DNA from: Candidatus Diapherotrites archaeon CG10_big_fil_rev_8_21_14_0_10_31_34
GTDB lineage: Archaea; Iainarchaeota; Iainarchaeia; Iainarchaeales; 1-14-0-10-31-34
Direction of reading: 5' to 3'
DNA length: 28,871 nt
Assembly: GCA_002763225.1 (NCBI GenBank)
Contig: PFAI01000015.1
Coordinates: forward strand, 886 to 29,756
Numbering within the stretch: the stretch's first letter is position 1; the number at the start of each line of letters is the position of its first letter. The position numbers and the translations under genes were made by a program. The notes below the pieces were generated by a model. The model worked only from the letters and a program-made list of their open reading frames with translations. It had not been told where the DNA came from and made no database searches. Shown here piece by piece: positions 1 through 9,615 of this stretch.

Positions 1-1
1 T

Positions 2-421
2 GCCACTTCATTTGGTTTAATTCAAAATTCTTTGAATGAAGAAGAATTTTATGCTGAAATGCAGGAAAAAGCAGTTAATGCATCACAGGTTTTGGTTGCA
101 ACAAAAGGAAACCCTGATTCATGGGTTAAGTTAAATGACTTAACTGGAATAAATTCAATTGGATTGGCAAAAGAAAATAATGTTTTGGATGAAAACAAAG
201 TTGATACTTTAGTTGACTGGAATGCATTAAAATATGCGGAAATAAAAGAAGTTTTGGGTTTGCAGAAATACGATTTTTATTTTAAAATAACTGAAATGGA
301 TGAGCATACTGTTAGAGAGTTTGGGATTTTGCCTGGAGCGGAAGAAAAAACAATTTTAGTTGAAAGATATATTTTGTTTCAGGGAACTGAAAGAAAATTT
401 ATTTTAGGTGTGTTTAAATGA
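2..421 (+). CDS. Pilus-locus hypothetical protein (probable minor pilin-like protein), 5' end outside the window
   Basis: Frame is open from base 2 (ATSFGLIQNSLNEEE...), so the listed TTG start at 32 is probably internal. It is co-oriented with the downstream class III signal-peptide genes and pilus ATPase. Confidence 0.55.
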   Translation, partial: ATSFGLIQNSLNEEEFYAEMQEKAVNASQVLVATKGNPDSWVKLNDLTGINSIGLAKENNVLDENKVDTLVDWNALKYAEIKEVLGLQKYDFYFKITEMDEHTVREFGILPGAEEKTILVERYILFQGTERKFILGVFK

Positions 422-464
422 AAGGACTTGAAGAAAAGAAAAAAATTGGTTTAGGAGAGTTAAA

Positions 465-878
465 ATGAAGGGATTTGTTATTTCTGTTGACGCAGTATTT
501 GGATTAATTATTGCATTTGCTTTGCTGATGACTTCAATTGCTTATTTTGCTGAAAGCAGTTTTAGTTCATTAGATGATGTAAAATTAGGGTTGGTTTCAG
601 AAGATGTTTTAATCGTATTAGAAAAAAGCGGGAAATTAGAGCAGGCAGTAAAAGAAAACCAAAACAAAGAAATAGGAAAGTATTTGAATAAAACTTCAAA
701 AAATCTGTGTTTTGAATTAAATGTATTTGACTTTGATGGCAGTTCAATTGCTTTAAGCACTGCGACAAAAAAATCTTGCAAAAAAGAAGGCAATTATGTG
801 ATTTCAACTAAAAGAAGTTTTTTTGAAAACGAAAAAATTTATTGGGCTGAACTAAAAAGCTGGTATGCGGTGAATTAA
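465..878 (+). CDS. Class III signal peptide protein (minor pilin-like)
   Basis: Starts MKG|FVISVDAVFGLIIAFALL: KG cleavage site, hydrophobic helix and an acidic residue near +5. GGAG RBS at 454-457. Confidence 0.7.
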   Translation: MKGFVISVDAVFGLIIAFALLMTSIAYFAESSFSSLDDVKLGLVSEDVLIVLEKSGKLEQAVKENQNKEIGKYLNKTSKNLCFELNVFDFDGSSIALSTATKKSCKKEGNYVISTKRSFFENEKIYWAELKSWYAVN

Positions 879-1753
879 TGAAAGGATATATTGTCAGTTT
901 TAGTGCAATTTTATTGCTTTCTTCAATGCTGTTGTTTGCTGCTTTTTATTCAGGGAATGTTAAAGACAGAAATATTTCTGTTAATGAAATGAAAAAATAT
1001 TTTAAATTAGAATTTATAAAAGATGATTTGGCTTTTGATTTAAATAAAATGCTTGGAACAGAAATAGAAATTGAAAGAACAAATAATCTGACAATAGTTT
1101 TCAGGGAAAAAATTCCTGCAGGGTTTAACAAGATAGCAAGGCTTGAAAAATTAAAAGATTTTATTGAAAGTGATTATTCTTCAGTTAATAATTCAGATAT
1201 TAAATTTGATATTCGCAGATTGTATGTTACCAGAACAACCACAGATATTCCGGTTAAATTCAGCAACGGGTTAATTTATGAATTTCATTCAAACAATTAT
1301 GTTTTGTTTCATGCAAAAAACAAAGACACAAACATTAATTCAATTGAATTAAATTTAAATGCAGAAGGAAGTTCAATTAAGGTTTTTCTTCCGGCTGAAT
1401 CTTTGGCAGGAGACATTAATTTAAAGTTTAATTATGCTGACCAAAACACATTAAATGAAACACATTCAAGCCTGCAATTGAATTCTTCATTGGACAATGT
1501 TATTTTAATTTCTTTTTCTGAATCAGCAGGAGACGAAATTGAAATTCATATCGGAAGCTTTGAAGGAAAAATCAATGCAGTAAAAATCTGGAATAAAACT
1601 TTAAACCAAAACCAAATTAATTTAGTTTTTAAAGCAGTAATGGATGGAATAAATATAAATTCAAATTTTAATGCGTTTATTGATGCAGACCTGAATTACT
1701 TTCAAAGCGATTTGAATTCAAATGGCTTGGCTGAGTTAAATGGTTTTAGTTAG
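878..1753 (+). CDS. Class III signal peptide protein (minor pilin/adhesin-like)
   Basis: Starts MKG|YIVSFSAILLLSSMLLF, followed by a beta-rich Asn-rich domain. TAATG overlap with the upstream gene. Confidence 0.65.
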   Translation: MKGYIVSFSAILLLSSMLLFAAFYSGNVKDRNISVNEMKKYFKLEFIKDDLAFDLNKMLGTEIEIERTNNLTIVFREKIPAGFNKIARLEKLKDFIESDYSSVNNSDIKFDIRRLYVTRTTTDIPVKFSNGLIYEFHSNNYVLFHAKNKDTNINSIELNLNAEGSSIKVFLPAESLAGDINLKFNYADQNTLNETHSSLQLNSSLDNVILISFSESAGDEIEIHIGSFEGKINAVKIWNKTLNQNQINLVFKAVMDGININSNFNAFIDADLNYFQSDLNSNGLAELNGFS

Positions 1754-1792
1754 GTTTATTAATAAAAAAAGGGTATTATTGGTGGAACAAGA

Positions 1793-3523
1793 ATGATTTT
1801 AAAAACAAAAGTTTTTGAGTTAATGCAACTGCTGAAAAAAAAGAAAAAAGCAGAAATTGAAGAGATATCAAAAGAGTTAAACTGGGAAAAAGAAAAAGTT
1901 GAATTAAGTGCAAAAGTGCTGGAAAAAACCGGCTTAATTAATGTGATTTATCCGGCAAATGTTTTATCAAAACCGTTTATTAGATTAGAAAAAGAACCAG
2001 AAGAAAAAATTGATGTTCCGGAAAAACTAGGGAAAAATTTATCTGAATATGAATTAACTGCAGACACAAATAAAGGAAAAGTAAAAATAATTCAAAGAGA
2101 AAAAGCAGGCAGACCTTTTTATTTTTTAGAGTATGATAAAGTTGATTCAGCAACAAAAGCTTTTATGGAAGAAATCAAAGAAGAAATAGCACAAAAAATT
2201 TCAATTGAAGGAAACGGAATACAGGAAAAAGAGTTAAGGGAACAGTTTATCAAAAACGTTAATTCAACTTTATTAAATTATTTCCCCAAAGACCAGGAAA
2301 AAATAACTGAAAAACTTGCAGGAATTTTATTGCATGAAATGTATGGAATGGGCAAATTAGAATTATTAATGAAAGACAATTTATTAGAAGAAATTGCAAT
2401 TAATTCTTCTTTAAACCCGATAGCGGTTTATCACAGAGAGTATGGCTGGTTAAAAACAAATATTTTGGTTGAACAAGAAAATTTAATTGAAAATTATGCT
2501 TCACAGATTGCAAGAAAAGTTGGAAGAGAAATAACTAACTTAAATCCGATTCTTGATGCGCATTTAATGACCGGAGACAGAGTTAATGCAACTCTTTCAC
2601 CAATTTCTTCTTCAGGAAACACAATTACTATAAGAAAGTTTTCAAGAAAACCATGGACTATAACAGATTTTATTACTCCGGAAAAACACACAATGAATTC
2701 AGAAATGGCAGCATTTTTGTGGATGGCAATACATTATGAAATGAATTTAATGGTTGCCGGTTCAACTGCTTCAGGAAAAACCTCTGCATTAAATACCTTG
2801 TGTGCAATGATTCCAAGTTATCACAGAATAATTACAATAGAAGATGTAAGAGAATTAACTTTGCCTGATTATTTGAAATGGAACTGGATTCCATTAACTA
2901 CCAGAAACCCAAACCCAGAAGGGTTAGGGCAAATAAGCATGTTTGATTTAATGATGAGTTCATTAAGAATGCGCCCTGACAGAATTATTTTAGGAGAAAT
3001 GAGAAGAAGAGAAGAAGCAGAAGTATTATTTGAAGCAATGCATACAGGCCATTCAGTTTACTCCACAATTCATGCTGACTCAGGACACCAGTTAATCAGA
3101 AGATTAACTGAAGCGCCAATGGAAATTCCTTCACTTGAAATAGAAGCACTTCATTTGGTTTTAGTCCAGTACAGGGACAGAAAAACAAACAGGAGAAGAA
3201 CAATGGAAATAAGCGAAATTGACACAGGAATGCATGAAGGAAGCGTAGGAACAAACACTATTTTTCGCTGGAGCCCAAGAACTGATTCATGGGACAAAGT
3301 GAATGAACCAAATAAATTTTATGGAGAATTAAATCTGCATACAGGATTAACTGAACAAGAAATAGAAAAAGATTTAGATGAAAGAAAAAATATTTTAGAG
3401 TGGATGACAGAAAAAAAGTATAACACAGTTAACCAAGTAGGAGAAGTAATGAAAAACTATTATTCTGATTCAGGAACTGTTGCAAGAGCAGCAGAAAAAA
3501 AATTAAATTTAGACAAAATTTAG
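1793..3523 (+). CDS. Type IV pilus assembly ATPase (TadA/CpaF/ArlI family) with N-terminal wHTH-like extension
   Basis: Walker A GSTASGKT, Asp box ITIEDVREL, LRMRPDRIILGEMR (Walker B), His box TGHSVYSTIHA. Confidence 0.93.
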   Translation: MILKTKVFELMQLLKKKKKAEIEEISKELNWEKEKVELSAKVLEKTGLINVIYPANVLSKPFIRLEKEPEEKIDVPEKLGKNLSEYELTADTNKGKVKIIQREKAGRPFYFLEYDKVDSATKAFMEEIKEEIAQKISIEGNGIQEKELREQFIKNVNSTLLNYFPKDQEKITEKLAGILLHEMYGMGKLELLMKDNLLEEIAINSSLNPIAVYHREYGWLKTNILVEQENLIENYASQIARKVGREITNLNPILDAHLMTGDRVNATLSPISSSGNTITIRKFSRKPWTITDFITPEKHTMNSEMAAFLWMAIHYEMNLMVAGSTASGKTSALNTLCAMIPSYHRIITIEDVRELTLPDYLKWNWIPLTTRNPNPEGLGQISMFDLMMSSLRMRPDRIILGEMRRREEAEVLFEAMHTGHSVYSTIHADSGHQLIRRLTEAPMEIPSLEIEALHLVLVQYRDRKTNRRRTMEISEIDTGMHEGSVGTNTIFRWSPRTDSWDKVNEPNKFYGELNLHTGLTEQEIEKDLDERKNILEWMTEKKYNTVNQVGEVMKNYYSDSGTVARAAEKKLNLDKI

Positions 3524-3533
3524 GGGAAAAAAA

Positions 3534-4418
3534 ATGAGAGTAAAATTCATGCTGTTTTCAGTTGAACAGACACAAAAATTTAATCAAAGGATTTTAGTTA
3601 TCGGGGATTTCCTGCAAAAAATCTTTGTCGGAACAAAATATGATTTAAAGAAAGCAGAAATAAAAGTTGAACCGGAAAATTACCTGACTGCAACATTTTT
3701 TTCTGCAATAAGTTATGGAATAATCTTTTTTATTTTATTAACCGGATTAATTTTTGCAAGAGACGGAAATTTATCAGAAGCATTTCCATTGAATTTAATT
3801 ATAGGAATAATTTTCTTTGTTTTATTTTTCTTTCTGCATTTAATTTACCCCGGAATAATAGCCAAACAAATTGCTTTTGGAATTGACCAGAACCTGATTT
3901 TTGCTTTAAAGAGCATGCTGATTCAAGTTAAATCAGGAATCCCTTTGTTTAATGCAATAGAAAATGTGGCTAAAACAAATTATGGAGTAGTATCAGATGA
4001 ATTCAAAATAGTGGTAAAAGAAATTATGGCTGGAACGCCTGAAGCAAACGCAATAGAAAAAATGGCTTTAAGAACTAAATCAGAGTACTTAAGAAAAGCC
4101 GGCTGGCAGATAGTTAATTCAATTAAAAGCGGGGCAAGTGTTGTCGGAGCATTAGAAACAACAATTGAAACTTTAACCACAAACCAATTAAGAGCAATAA
4201 AAAATTATTCAGCTGAACTAAATTTATGGATTTTATTGTATTTATTGCTTGCAGCCGCAATCCCTACTTTAGGAATAACTTTTATGATTATTTTGTCTTC
4301 AATGGGAGGCTCAGACATAAGCGAACTGCATATAATGCTTACAATTATTTTTGCTTTTGTAATTCAGGTTGTTTTAATTGGGTTTGTTAAAAACAGAAAG
4401 CCAAAGGTGATAATGTGA
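3534..4418 (+). CDS. Type IV pilus membrane platform protein (TadB/TadC, T2SS F domain)
   Basis: Multiple TM helices and SGIPLFNAI...YGVVSDEF motif; lies directly after the ATPase. Confidence 0.88.
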   Translation: MRVKFMLFSVEQTQKFNQRILVIGDFLQKIFVGTKYDLKKAEIKVEPENYLTATFFSAISYGIIFFILLTGLIFARDGNLSEAFPLNLIIGIIFFVLFFFLHLIYPGIIAKQIAFGIDQNLIFALKSMLIQVKSGIPLFNAIENVAKTNYGVVSDEFKIVVKEIMAGTPEANAIEKMALRTKSEYLRKAGWQIVNSIKSGASVVGALETTIETLTTNQLRAIKNYSAELNLWILLYLLLAAAIPTLGITFMIILSSMGGSDISELHIMLTIIFAFVIQVVLIGFVKNRKPKVIM

Positions 4419-5431
4419 AACTATTAAGGCTTAAATTCATTTACAAAAGGCTTTCAGAAAGAGTTCCAGAAAACAAGAGAAAACAAATTCTGGTTAAAAT
4501 GGATTACGGAGGAATAAAAGAAGACATAGATGAATACACCGGAAAAAGATTTTTTTTGGCTTTGCTTTTTGGATTAATTGGTTTGTTGATTCCGTTAAGC
4601 CTGGGAAAATTAATCGGATTAGAAGAAATTTTATTGACTTTTGTTTTTGGATTGGTTCTTGGAATAATCTTTTTTTGTTTAACCCTGTTATTGTATTACC
4701 TGCATTTAGAATATCAGATTGAAGACAGGGCAAAAAGAGTTGAATCAGTTCTCCCTGATTTTTTATTGCTGGTTGCATCAAATTTAAAATCCGGAATGAC
4801 GCCATTTAATGCAACAAAAAACAGCTGCAGAGAAGAGTTCGGACCATTAGCAGAAGAAATGAAAGTAATTACAACAAGAAGTTTAGGCGTAGAGTCTTTC
4901 AGAGAAACACTAAAAATGCTGTCAGAAAAAATTGATTCAAGAATCCTAAAAGAAACAGTTTCATTTTTATCTGAAAGCATCAGGTCAGGAGGAAAACTGG
5001 CAAAATTAATTGAAGCAAGCGCAGAAGACATTTCCCAGACACAAGAACTAAAAAAAGAATTAATTTCCGGAACAAAAATGTATGTAATGTTTGTGTTGTT
5101 TGTAATAGTTGTTGCAACTCCATTGCTAATGTCAATTTCAGTCCAGTTTTTGGAAATGATTACTTCAATTCAAACAGGACAGCCGGCAATAGACGGAACA
5201 ACAAAGTTAGGTTTTCTTAGTTCACAGCTGTCAATTACGCCTGATTTCATGCAAAACATTTCTTTTATACTGCTTTTAGGAAATGCATTACTTTCAAGCC
5301 TGTTTATAGGAGTTTTAACTGAAAGAAAAGCAAAGCTGGGAATAAAATATGCGCCAATAATTTTCATTGCTTCAGCAGTATTATTTATTGGATTTAAAAC
5401 AATGGTTTCAGGAATCATTTCAGTTGCTTAA
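4415..5431 (+). CDS. Type IV pilus membrane platform protein (TadC-like, T2SS F domain)
   Basis: LPDFLLLVASNLKSGMTP...FGPLAEE and SGGKLAKL motifs with TM helices; GTGA overlap with the previous gene. Confidence 0.88.
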   Translation: MKLLRLKFIYKRLSERVPENKRKQILVKMDYGGIKEDIDEYTGKRFFLALLFGLIGLLIPLSLGKLIGLEEILLTFVFGLVLGIIFFCLTLLLYYLHLEYQIEDRAKRVESVLPDFLLLVASNLKSGMTPFNATKNSCREEFGPLAEEMKVITTRSLGVESFRETLKMLSEKIDSRILKETVSFLSESIRSGGKLAKLIEASAEDISQTQELKKELISGTKMYVMFVLFVIVVATPLLMSISVQFLEMITSIQTGQPAIDGTTKLGFLSSQLSITPDFMQNISFILLLGNALLSSLFIGVLTERKAKLGIKYAPIIFIASAVLFIGFKTMVSGIISVA

Positions 5432-5436
5432 GCAGA

Positions 5437-5449
5437 AAGGATTATAAAT
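5437..5449 (+). promoter_or_regulatory. Putative BRE/TATA box for the pilin gene
   Basis: AAAGGA-TTATAAA in the intergenic region upstream of the pilin; GGAGG RBS at 5546-5550. Confidence 0.45.
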
Positions 5450-5479
5450 GAAAAAACACTAAATAGATAGCAAAATTAG

Positions 5480-5545
5480 TTTTGATTAAACTTTTTGTAA
5501 AAGTTTATGCAAAGCATTTTTGATTAAAATTTTTGTAAAAGTTTA
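5480..5545. repeat. Two 28-bp direct repeats, each containing a palindrome
   Basis: TTTTGATTAAA(C/A)TTTTTGTAAAAGTTTA at 5480-5507 and 5518-5545 with one mismatch. The first copy contains TAAACTTTT-TGT-AAAAGTTTA. Confidence 0.9.
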
Positions 5546-5557
5546 GGAGGAAGAAAA

Positions 5558-6016
5558 ATGATTGGAAGAAAAGCACAAGGAACAACAGAATACTTAATTA
5601 TTTTAGCTGTAATTATTGTGATTGCATTAGTTGTAGTCGGAGTAATGGGCTGGGTTCCGGGGCTAAGCGGAGGAATCACAGAACAACAGTCAAGAGCATA
5701 CTGGCAATCAACTGCGCCTTTTTCAATAGTTGAATACAAGTTTGATGCAGGAGCAACAACAGCACAACTGGAAATACAAAATATTTCGGCAAACAAACTG
5801 ATTTTAACTGATGTGAAAATTGACGGAGTAACTGATAACATTACTGACGTAGCATTTAACGCAGGAGAAAGAAAATTAGTAAGCCTAACAGCAACACAAA
5901 CTTGTGGAACAGCCGGAGCAGGATTTGACTATAATGTTTCATTCACTTACAACTCAAAGAATGTTACTGGATTAGTGCAAATGGGCGACAAAGGATTAAT
6001 TGGGAAATGCGTTTAA
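5558..6016 (+). CDS. Probable major type IV pilin (class III signal peptide)
   Basis: RKA|QGTTEYLIILAVIIVIALVVV with Glu at +5, a small beta-rich head with two Cys, its own strong RBS and a terminator. Confidence 0.88.
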   Translation: MIGRKAQGTTEYLIILAVIIVIALVVVGVMGWVPGLSGGITEQQSRAYWQSTAPFSIVEYKFDAGATTAQLEIQNISANKLILTDVKIDGVTDNITDVAFNAGERKLVSLTATQTCGTAGAGFDYNVSFTYNSKNVTGLVQMGDKGLIGKCV

Positions 6017-6085
6017 ACGCATTTTCTTTTTCTATTTCTTTTTATTTAATTAATTTTTTGTTTTTTCATGTTATTTTTTTATTAA
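6005..6085 (+). terminator. Palindrome plus T-tract terminator between the pilin gene and tpiA
   Basis: Perfect 20-bp palindrome AAATGCGTTTAAACGCATTT (6005-6024) spanning the stop codon, followed by long T runs. Confidence 0.65.
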
Positions 6086-6814
6086 TTATTTAGCAGTATT
6101 GGCTATTTGCGCAAAAGTTTTTGGGTTTAGTGAAGCACCGCCGACTAAAACTCCATCAACGTTTTTGATGGAAAAAATTTCTTTACAGTTTTCGGGTTTA
6201 ACGCTTCCCCCATAAAGAATTTTAGTTGAATTGGCTTTTTCTCCAAACAATTCAGTTAACTGGCTTCTGATAAAAGAATGAGCTTCAAAAACATCATTTT
6301 GTTTTGCTGTTTTTCCTGTACCAATCACCCAAACAGGTTCATAAGCAACAAAAAGTTTTGAATTAAAAAAAATGCCTTTAAGAGAATCAGATAATTGTTC
6401 ACTTAAAACAAGATTTGTTTTTTCTTCTTCTTTTTCCTCTAAAGTTTCTCCAACACATAAAATTACATTAAAATTGAACTTTAATGCAGTTTTGATTTTC
6501 TTGTTTATTGATTGATTTGATTCAGAAAATTTATGTCTTTGGTCTGAATGGCCTAACAAAACAAAATCACAGAAATCTTTTAACTGAAGAAAAGAAACTT
6601 TTCCGGTAAACTCTCCTTTTTCTTCAAAAAACGCGTCTTGAGCGCCAATAAAAACTTTTTTTGAAGCAAACTGTTTTGCAGCCGGAATGCATGGAAAAGA
6701 AGGACAGATTAAAATTTCGTTTTTTGTTTTAGAAACAAGTTTATTGAATTCATTAAAGAAATCTTTTGTTTCTTTAACTGTTTTATTCATTTTCCAGTTT
6801 CCTGCAACAAACAT
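6086..6814 (-). CDS. tpiA: Triosephosphate isomerase (bacterial-type)
   Basis: AGNWKMN, GHS, AYEPVW.IGTG, LYGGSV and LVGGASL motifs. Confidence 0.96.
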   Translation of the reverse strand: MFVAGNWKMNKTVKETKDFFNEFNKLVSKTKNEILICPSFPCIPAAKQFASKKVFIGAQDAFFEEKGEFTGKVSFLQLKDFCDFVLLGHSDQRHKFSESNQSINKKIKTALKFNFNVILCVGETLEEKEEEKTNLVLSEQLSDSLKGIFFNSKLFVAYEPVWVIGTGKTAKQNDVFEAHSFIRSQLTELFGEKANSTKILYGGSVKPENCKEIFSIKNVDGVLVGGASLNPKTFAQIANTAK

Positions 6815-6911
6815 TAAACCACAGTATAATAAAACACAAAGAAATAAATAAAATTACTGAAAAAAAGGAAAAAAAGACAATTAAAAGCTTTTTATAGGAA
6901 GAATAATATGA

Positions 6912-8741
6912 ATGGAATATGAAAATGCATCCAGAAAAAAATTGATGGCTTTAGTGAAAAAAGCCCCTGAAATTGAATTAATCAAAAAAGCATTAGATAA
7001 ATCAGAAAACAATTTAAGCGGAAAACAATATTCTAATGCACTAAATACTGCTTTTATTTTAAGCCCATTGCTGATGAGAGGAAATATTATTTCTGCCGCA
7101 TTACTTTATGAAACAAAAATCAGTGAAGAAACAATAAAAAAAGAATTCAATGAAGACACAATGAAATTAATTGTTTCAATGAGAAAAATAAAAAAAATTG
7201 AATCACAGCAAAAAAATTTCAGTTCAGAAACTTTAAGCAAAATAATTCTTGCAACAACAAAAGATGTAAGAACAATAATTCTTGCTTTAGCCACAAAACT
7301 ATCTGAGTTAAGAAACACAAAAGAAGATGAAAAAAAACTTGCAAGAATAGTGAAAGAAGTTTATCTGCCAATAAGCCAGAAATTAGGATTAAATGAAATA
7401 AAATGGGAATTAGAAGACTTGTCCTTTAAAATACTTCAAAGAGAAGAATACACTAAAATAAAAAATGAAATGAAAAAAAAGAAAAAAAAAAGAGATAAAG
7501 ACTTAAAAAAAATTGAAAAAGAAATAAAAAAAGCATTAAAAAAAGAAAAAATTAACGCAAAAGTTGTGGGAAGAGCAAAAAACTTTTATGGAATATACAA
7601 TAAAATGAAGAAAAAAAAATGCAAAGTAAATGAATTGCATGACCTGCTTGCGGTAAGAGTAATCTGCAACACAATAAAAGAATGCTATATTATTCTTGGA
7701 TTAATTCATTCAATGTATGAACCATTGCTTAACGCATTTGATGATTATATTGCAAACCCAAAAGAAAACAATTACAGGTCAATTCACACAGACCTAAAAA
7801 CAGAAACAGGAAAAATATTTGAAGCACAAATCAGGACATGGGAAATGAATACTGAAGCAGAAGAAGGGCTTCCTGCACACTGGTCATACAAGCAAATAAA
7901 AAAAGACAGAGAATTTGACGGAAAACTTTCCTGGGCAAAACAATTAATTGAATGGAATAAAAAACACAAACCAAAAGATGTTTTTAACATAATTCAATTA
8001 GGGTTTGAAGACAAAAAAATTTTCACTTTAACTCCGAAAGCAGATATAATTGAACTGCCCCCAAAAGCAACTCCAATAGATTTTGCTTATGCAATTCATT
8101 CAAATATAGGGAACCAATGTGATAAAGCAAAAGTAAACGAAAAAATAGTTCCATTAAACCATGAACTGGAAAACGGAGACATTGTAGAAATAATTACTTC
8201 AAAAAAACAGTTTCCTAAAAGGCAGTGGCTGACAATAGCAAGAACTGCCAGAGCAAAAGCAAGAATAAGACAGGCACTAGAAATAACAGGAAAAGAAAGG
8301 AAAACAAAAAATCCGGAAAAACAAATAGCAAAAAAACAAATTCATTCAATAAGAATTTCAAAATGCTGTAATCCTCTTCCAGGAGACAAAATTACAGGAA
8401 TGAAAACAACTAAAAGAAAAATAACCATCCACAAGGAATCATGCAGGAATGTTTTAAGGGAAAACCCAAAAAAATTAATTCCAATTAACTGGGAAATGAT
8501 TGGAAAAAAAGAATTAACTGCAGAAATAAAAATTGAGACAACAGAAAAAATTAATTTGCTAAACACAATCCTTGATGCAATTGTATCCTTAAAAGGAAAA
8601 GTGATTTCAACTGAAGCCAAAATGGAAAACAAAAAAGTTTCATCAAAATTTGTTATTCAGGTAAAAAACCCGCAAACAATAACCAAAATAATTGAAAAAA
8701 TAGAGAAAATAGACGGAGTAAAGCAAGTTATAAGGGTTTAA
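6912..8741 (+). CDS. relA: Long RelA/SpoT homolog, (p)ppGpp synthetase with degenerate HD domain plus TGS, ZFD and ACT/RRM
   Basis: Synthetase motifs GRAKNFYGIYNKM, DLLAVRV, DYIANPKENNYRSIHT, EAQIRT; AHWSYK; TGS motif ATPIDFAYAIHS; ZFD KCCNPLPGD...IHKESC; C-terminal ACT. Confidence 0.93.
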   Translation: MEYENASRKKLMALVKKAPEIELIKKALDKSENNLSGKQYSNALNTAFILSPLLMRGNIISAALLYETKISEETIKKEFNEDTMKLIVSMRKIKKIESQQKNFSSETLSKIILATTKDVRTIILALATKLSELRNTKEDEKKLARIVKEVYLPISQKLGLNEIKWELEDLSFKILQREEYTKIKNEMKKKKKKRDKDLKKIEKEIKKALKKEKINAKVVGRAKNFYGIYNKMKKKKCKVNELHDLLAVRVICNTIKECYIILGLIHSMYEPLLNAFDDYIANPKENNYRSIHTDLKTETGKIFEAQIRTWEMNTEAEEGLPAHWSYKQIKKDREFDGKLSWAKQLIEWNKKHKPKDVFNIIQLGFEDKKIFTLTPKADIIELPPKATPIDFAYAIHSNIGNQCDKAKVNEKIVPLNHELENGDIVEIITSKKQFPKRQWLTIARTARAKARIRQALEITGKERKTKNPEKQIAKKQIHSIRISKCCNPLPGDKITGMKTTKRKITIHKESCRNVLRENPKKLIPINWEMIGKKELTAEIKIETTEKINLLNTILDAIVSLKGKVISTEAKMENKKVSSKFVIQVKNPQTITKIIEKIEKIDGVKQVIRV

Positions 8742-8818
8742 ACCAAAAAAAACAAAAAACAAAAGCTTTTATTTAATAAAAAGTTATATTTATTCATTGA
8801 ATAAAAAAAGGGGATTAA

Positions 8819-9562
8819 ATGAAAAGAGTTAAAACTGGAATAACTGGATTAGATGAATTAATTGAAGGGGGCTTTCCTGAAAAAAGATCAATGCTTGTAT
8901 CAGGGGCATGCGGAACAGGAAAAACAATTTTTTCAATGCAATACATTTACAATGGAGCAATGAAATACAATGAACCAGGAATTTATGTTACTTTAGATGA
9001 AAGACCAGAATTAATCAGAGAAGACGTAACAAGGTTTGGCTGGGATTTAAGAAAACTAGAAGAAAAAAAATTAATCAGCATAATAGATGGAAGTGTTGCA
9101 AGAATTGGAATGCCTTCAGAAGAAGAATTTGCATTACCAATGACAGGATTTGACTTAGATAAATTATTATTAGAAATAATGAGAGTAACAAAAAGAATCG
9201 GCGCAAAAAGAGTTGTAATAGACTCAATTCCTGCATTAGGATTTAACTTTGATAATGAACAAGAAACAAGAAAAGCCGTACTGAAATTAAGTTACATGCT
9301 GATGAGAATAGGCGTTACTTCAATAATGACTTCAGAAATACAGGAAGGTGCAGCCAAATTCGGAAAATACGATGTAGAAGAATATGTTGTTGATGGAGTA
9401 ATAATACTTCATTATTCCGGAATAGGCGGCGGAGGAACAAACAGAACAGTTCACATCAGAAAAATGAGAGCAACAAAACACTCAGAAGACCTGCACCCAA
9501 TTACAATCGGCAAAACAGGAATGAAAGTACACGGAATAGAAGAAGTGTATGACGAATCATAA
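8819..9562 (+). CDS. Single-domain KaiC-like (RAD55 family) RecA-superfamily ATPase
   Basis: TGITGLDELIEGG, Walker A GACGTGKT, RVVIDS, EYVVDGVI, KMRATKH. Confidence 0.92.
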   Translation: MKRVKTGITGLDELIEGGFPEKRSMLVSGACGTGKTIFSMQYIYNGAMKYNEPGIYVTLDERPELIREDVTRFGWDLRKLEEKKLISIIDGSVARIGMPSEEEFALPMTGFDLDKLLLEIMRVTKRIGAKRVVIDSIPALGFNFDNEQETRKAVLKLSYMLMRIGVTSIMTSEIQEGAAKFGKYDVEEYVVDGVIILHYSGIGGGGTNRTVHIRKMRATKHSEDLHPITIGKTGMKVHGIEEVYDES

Positions 9563-9615
9563 AAAAACTAGACTTAAATAGGTTTTCTAACTATTTTTTT
9601 ATTAAAGGTGTATTA

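Noticed and set aside
418..468. Tiny ORF MKGLEEKKKIGLGELK starting like the pilin-like genes
   Set aside because: Only 16 codons and no hydrophobic helix; probably incidental or a translational-coupling relic.
5480..5545. Mini CRISPR array
   Set aside because: Only two repeats with a 10-bp spacer and no cas genes.
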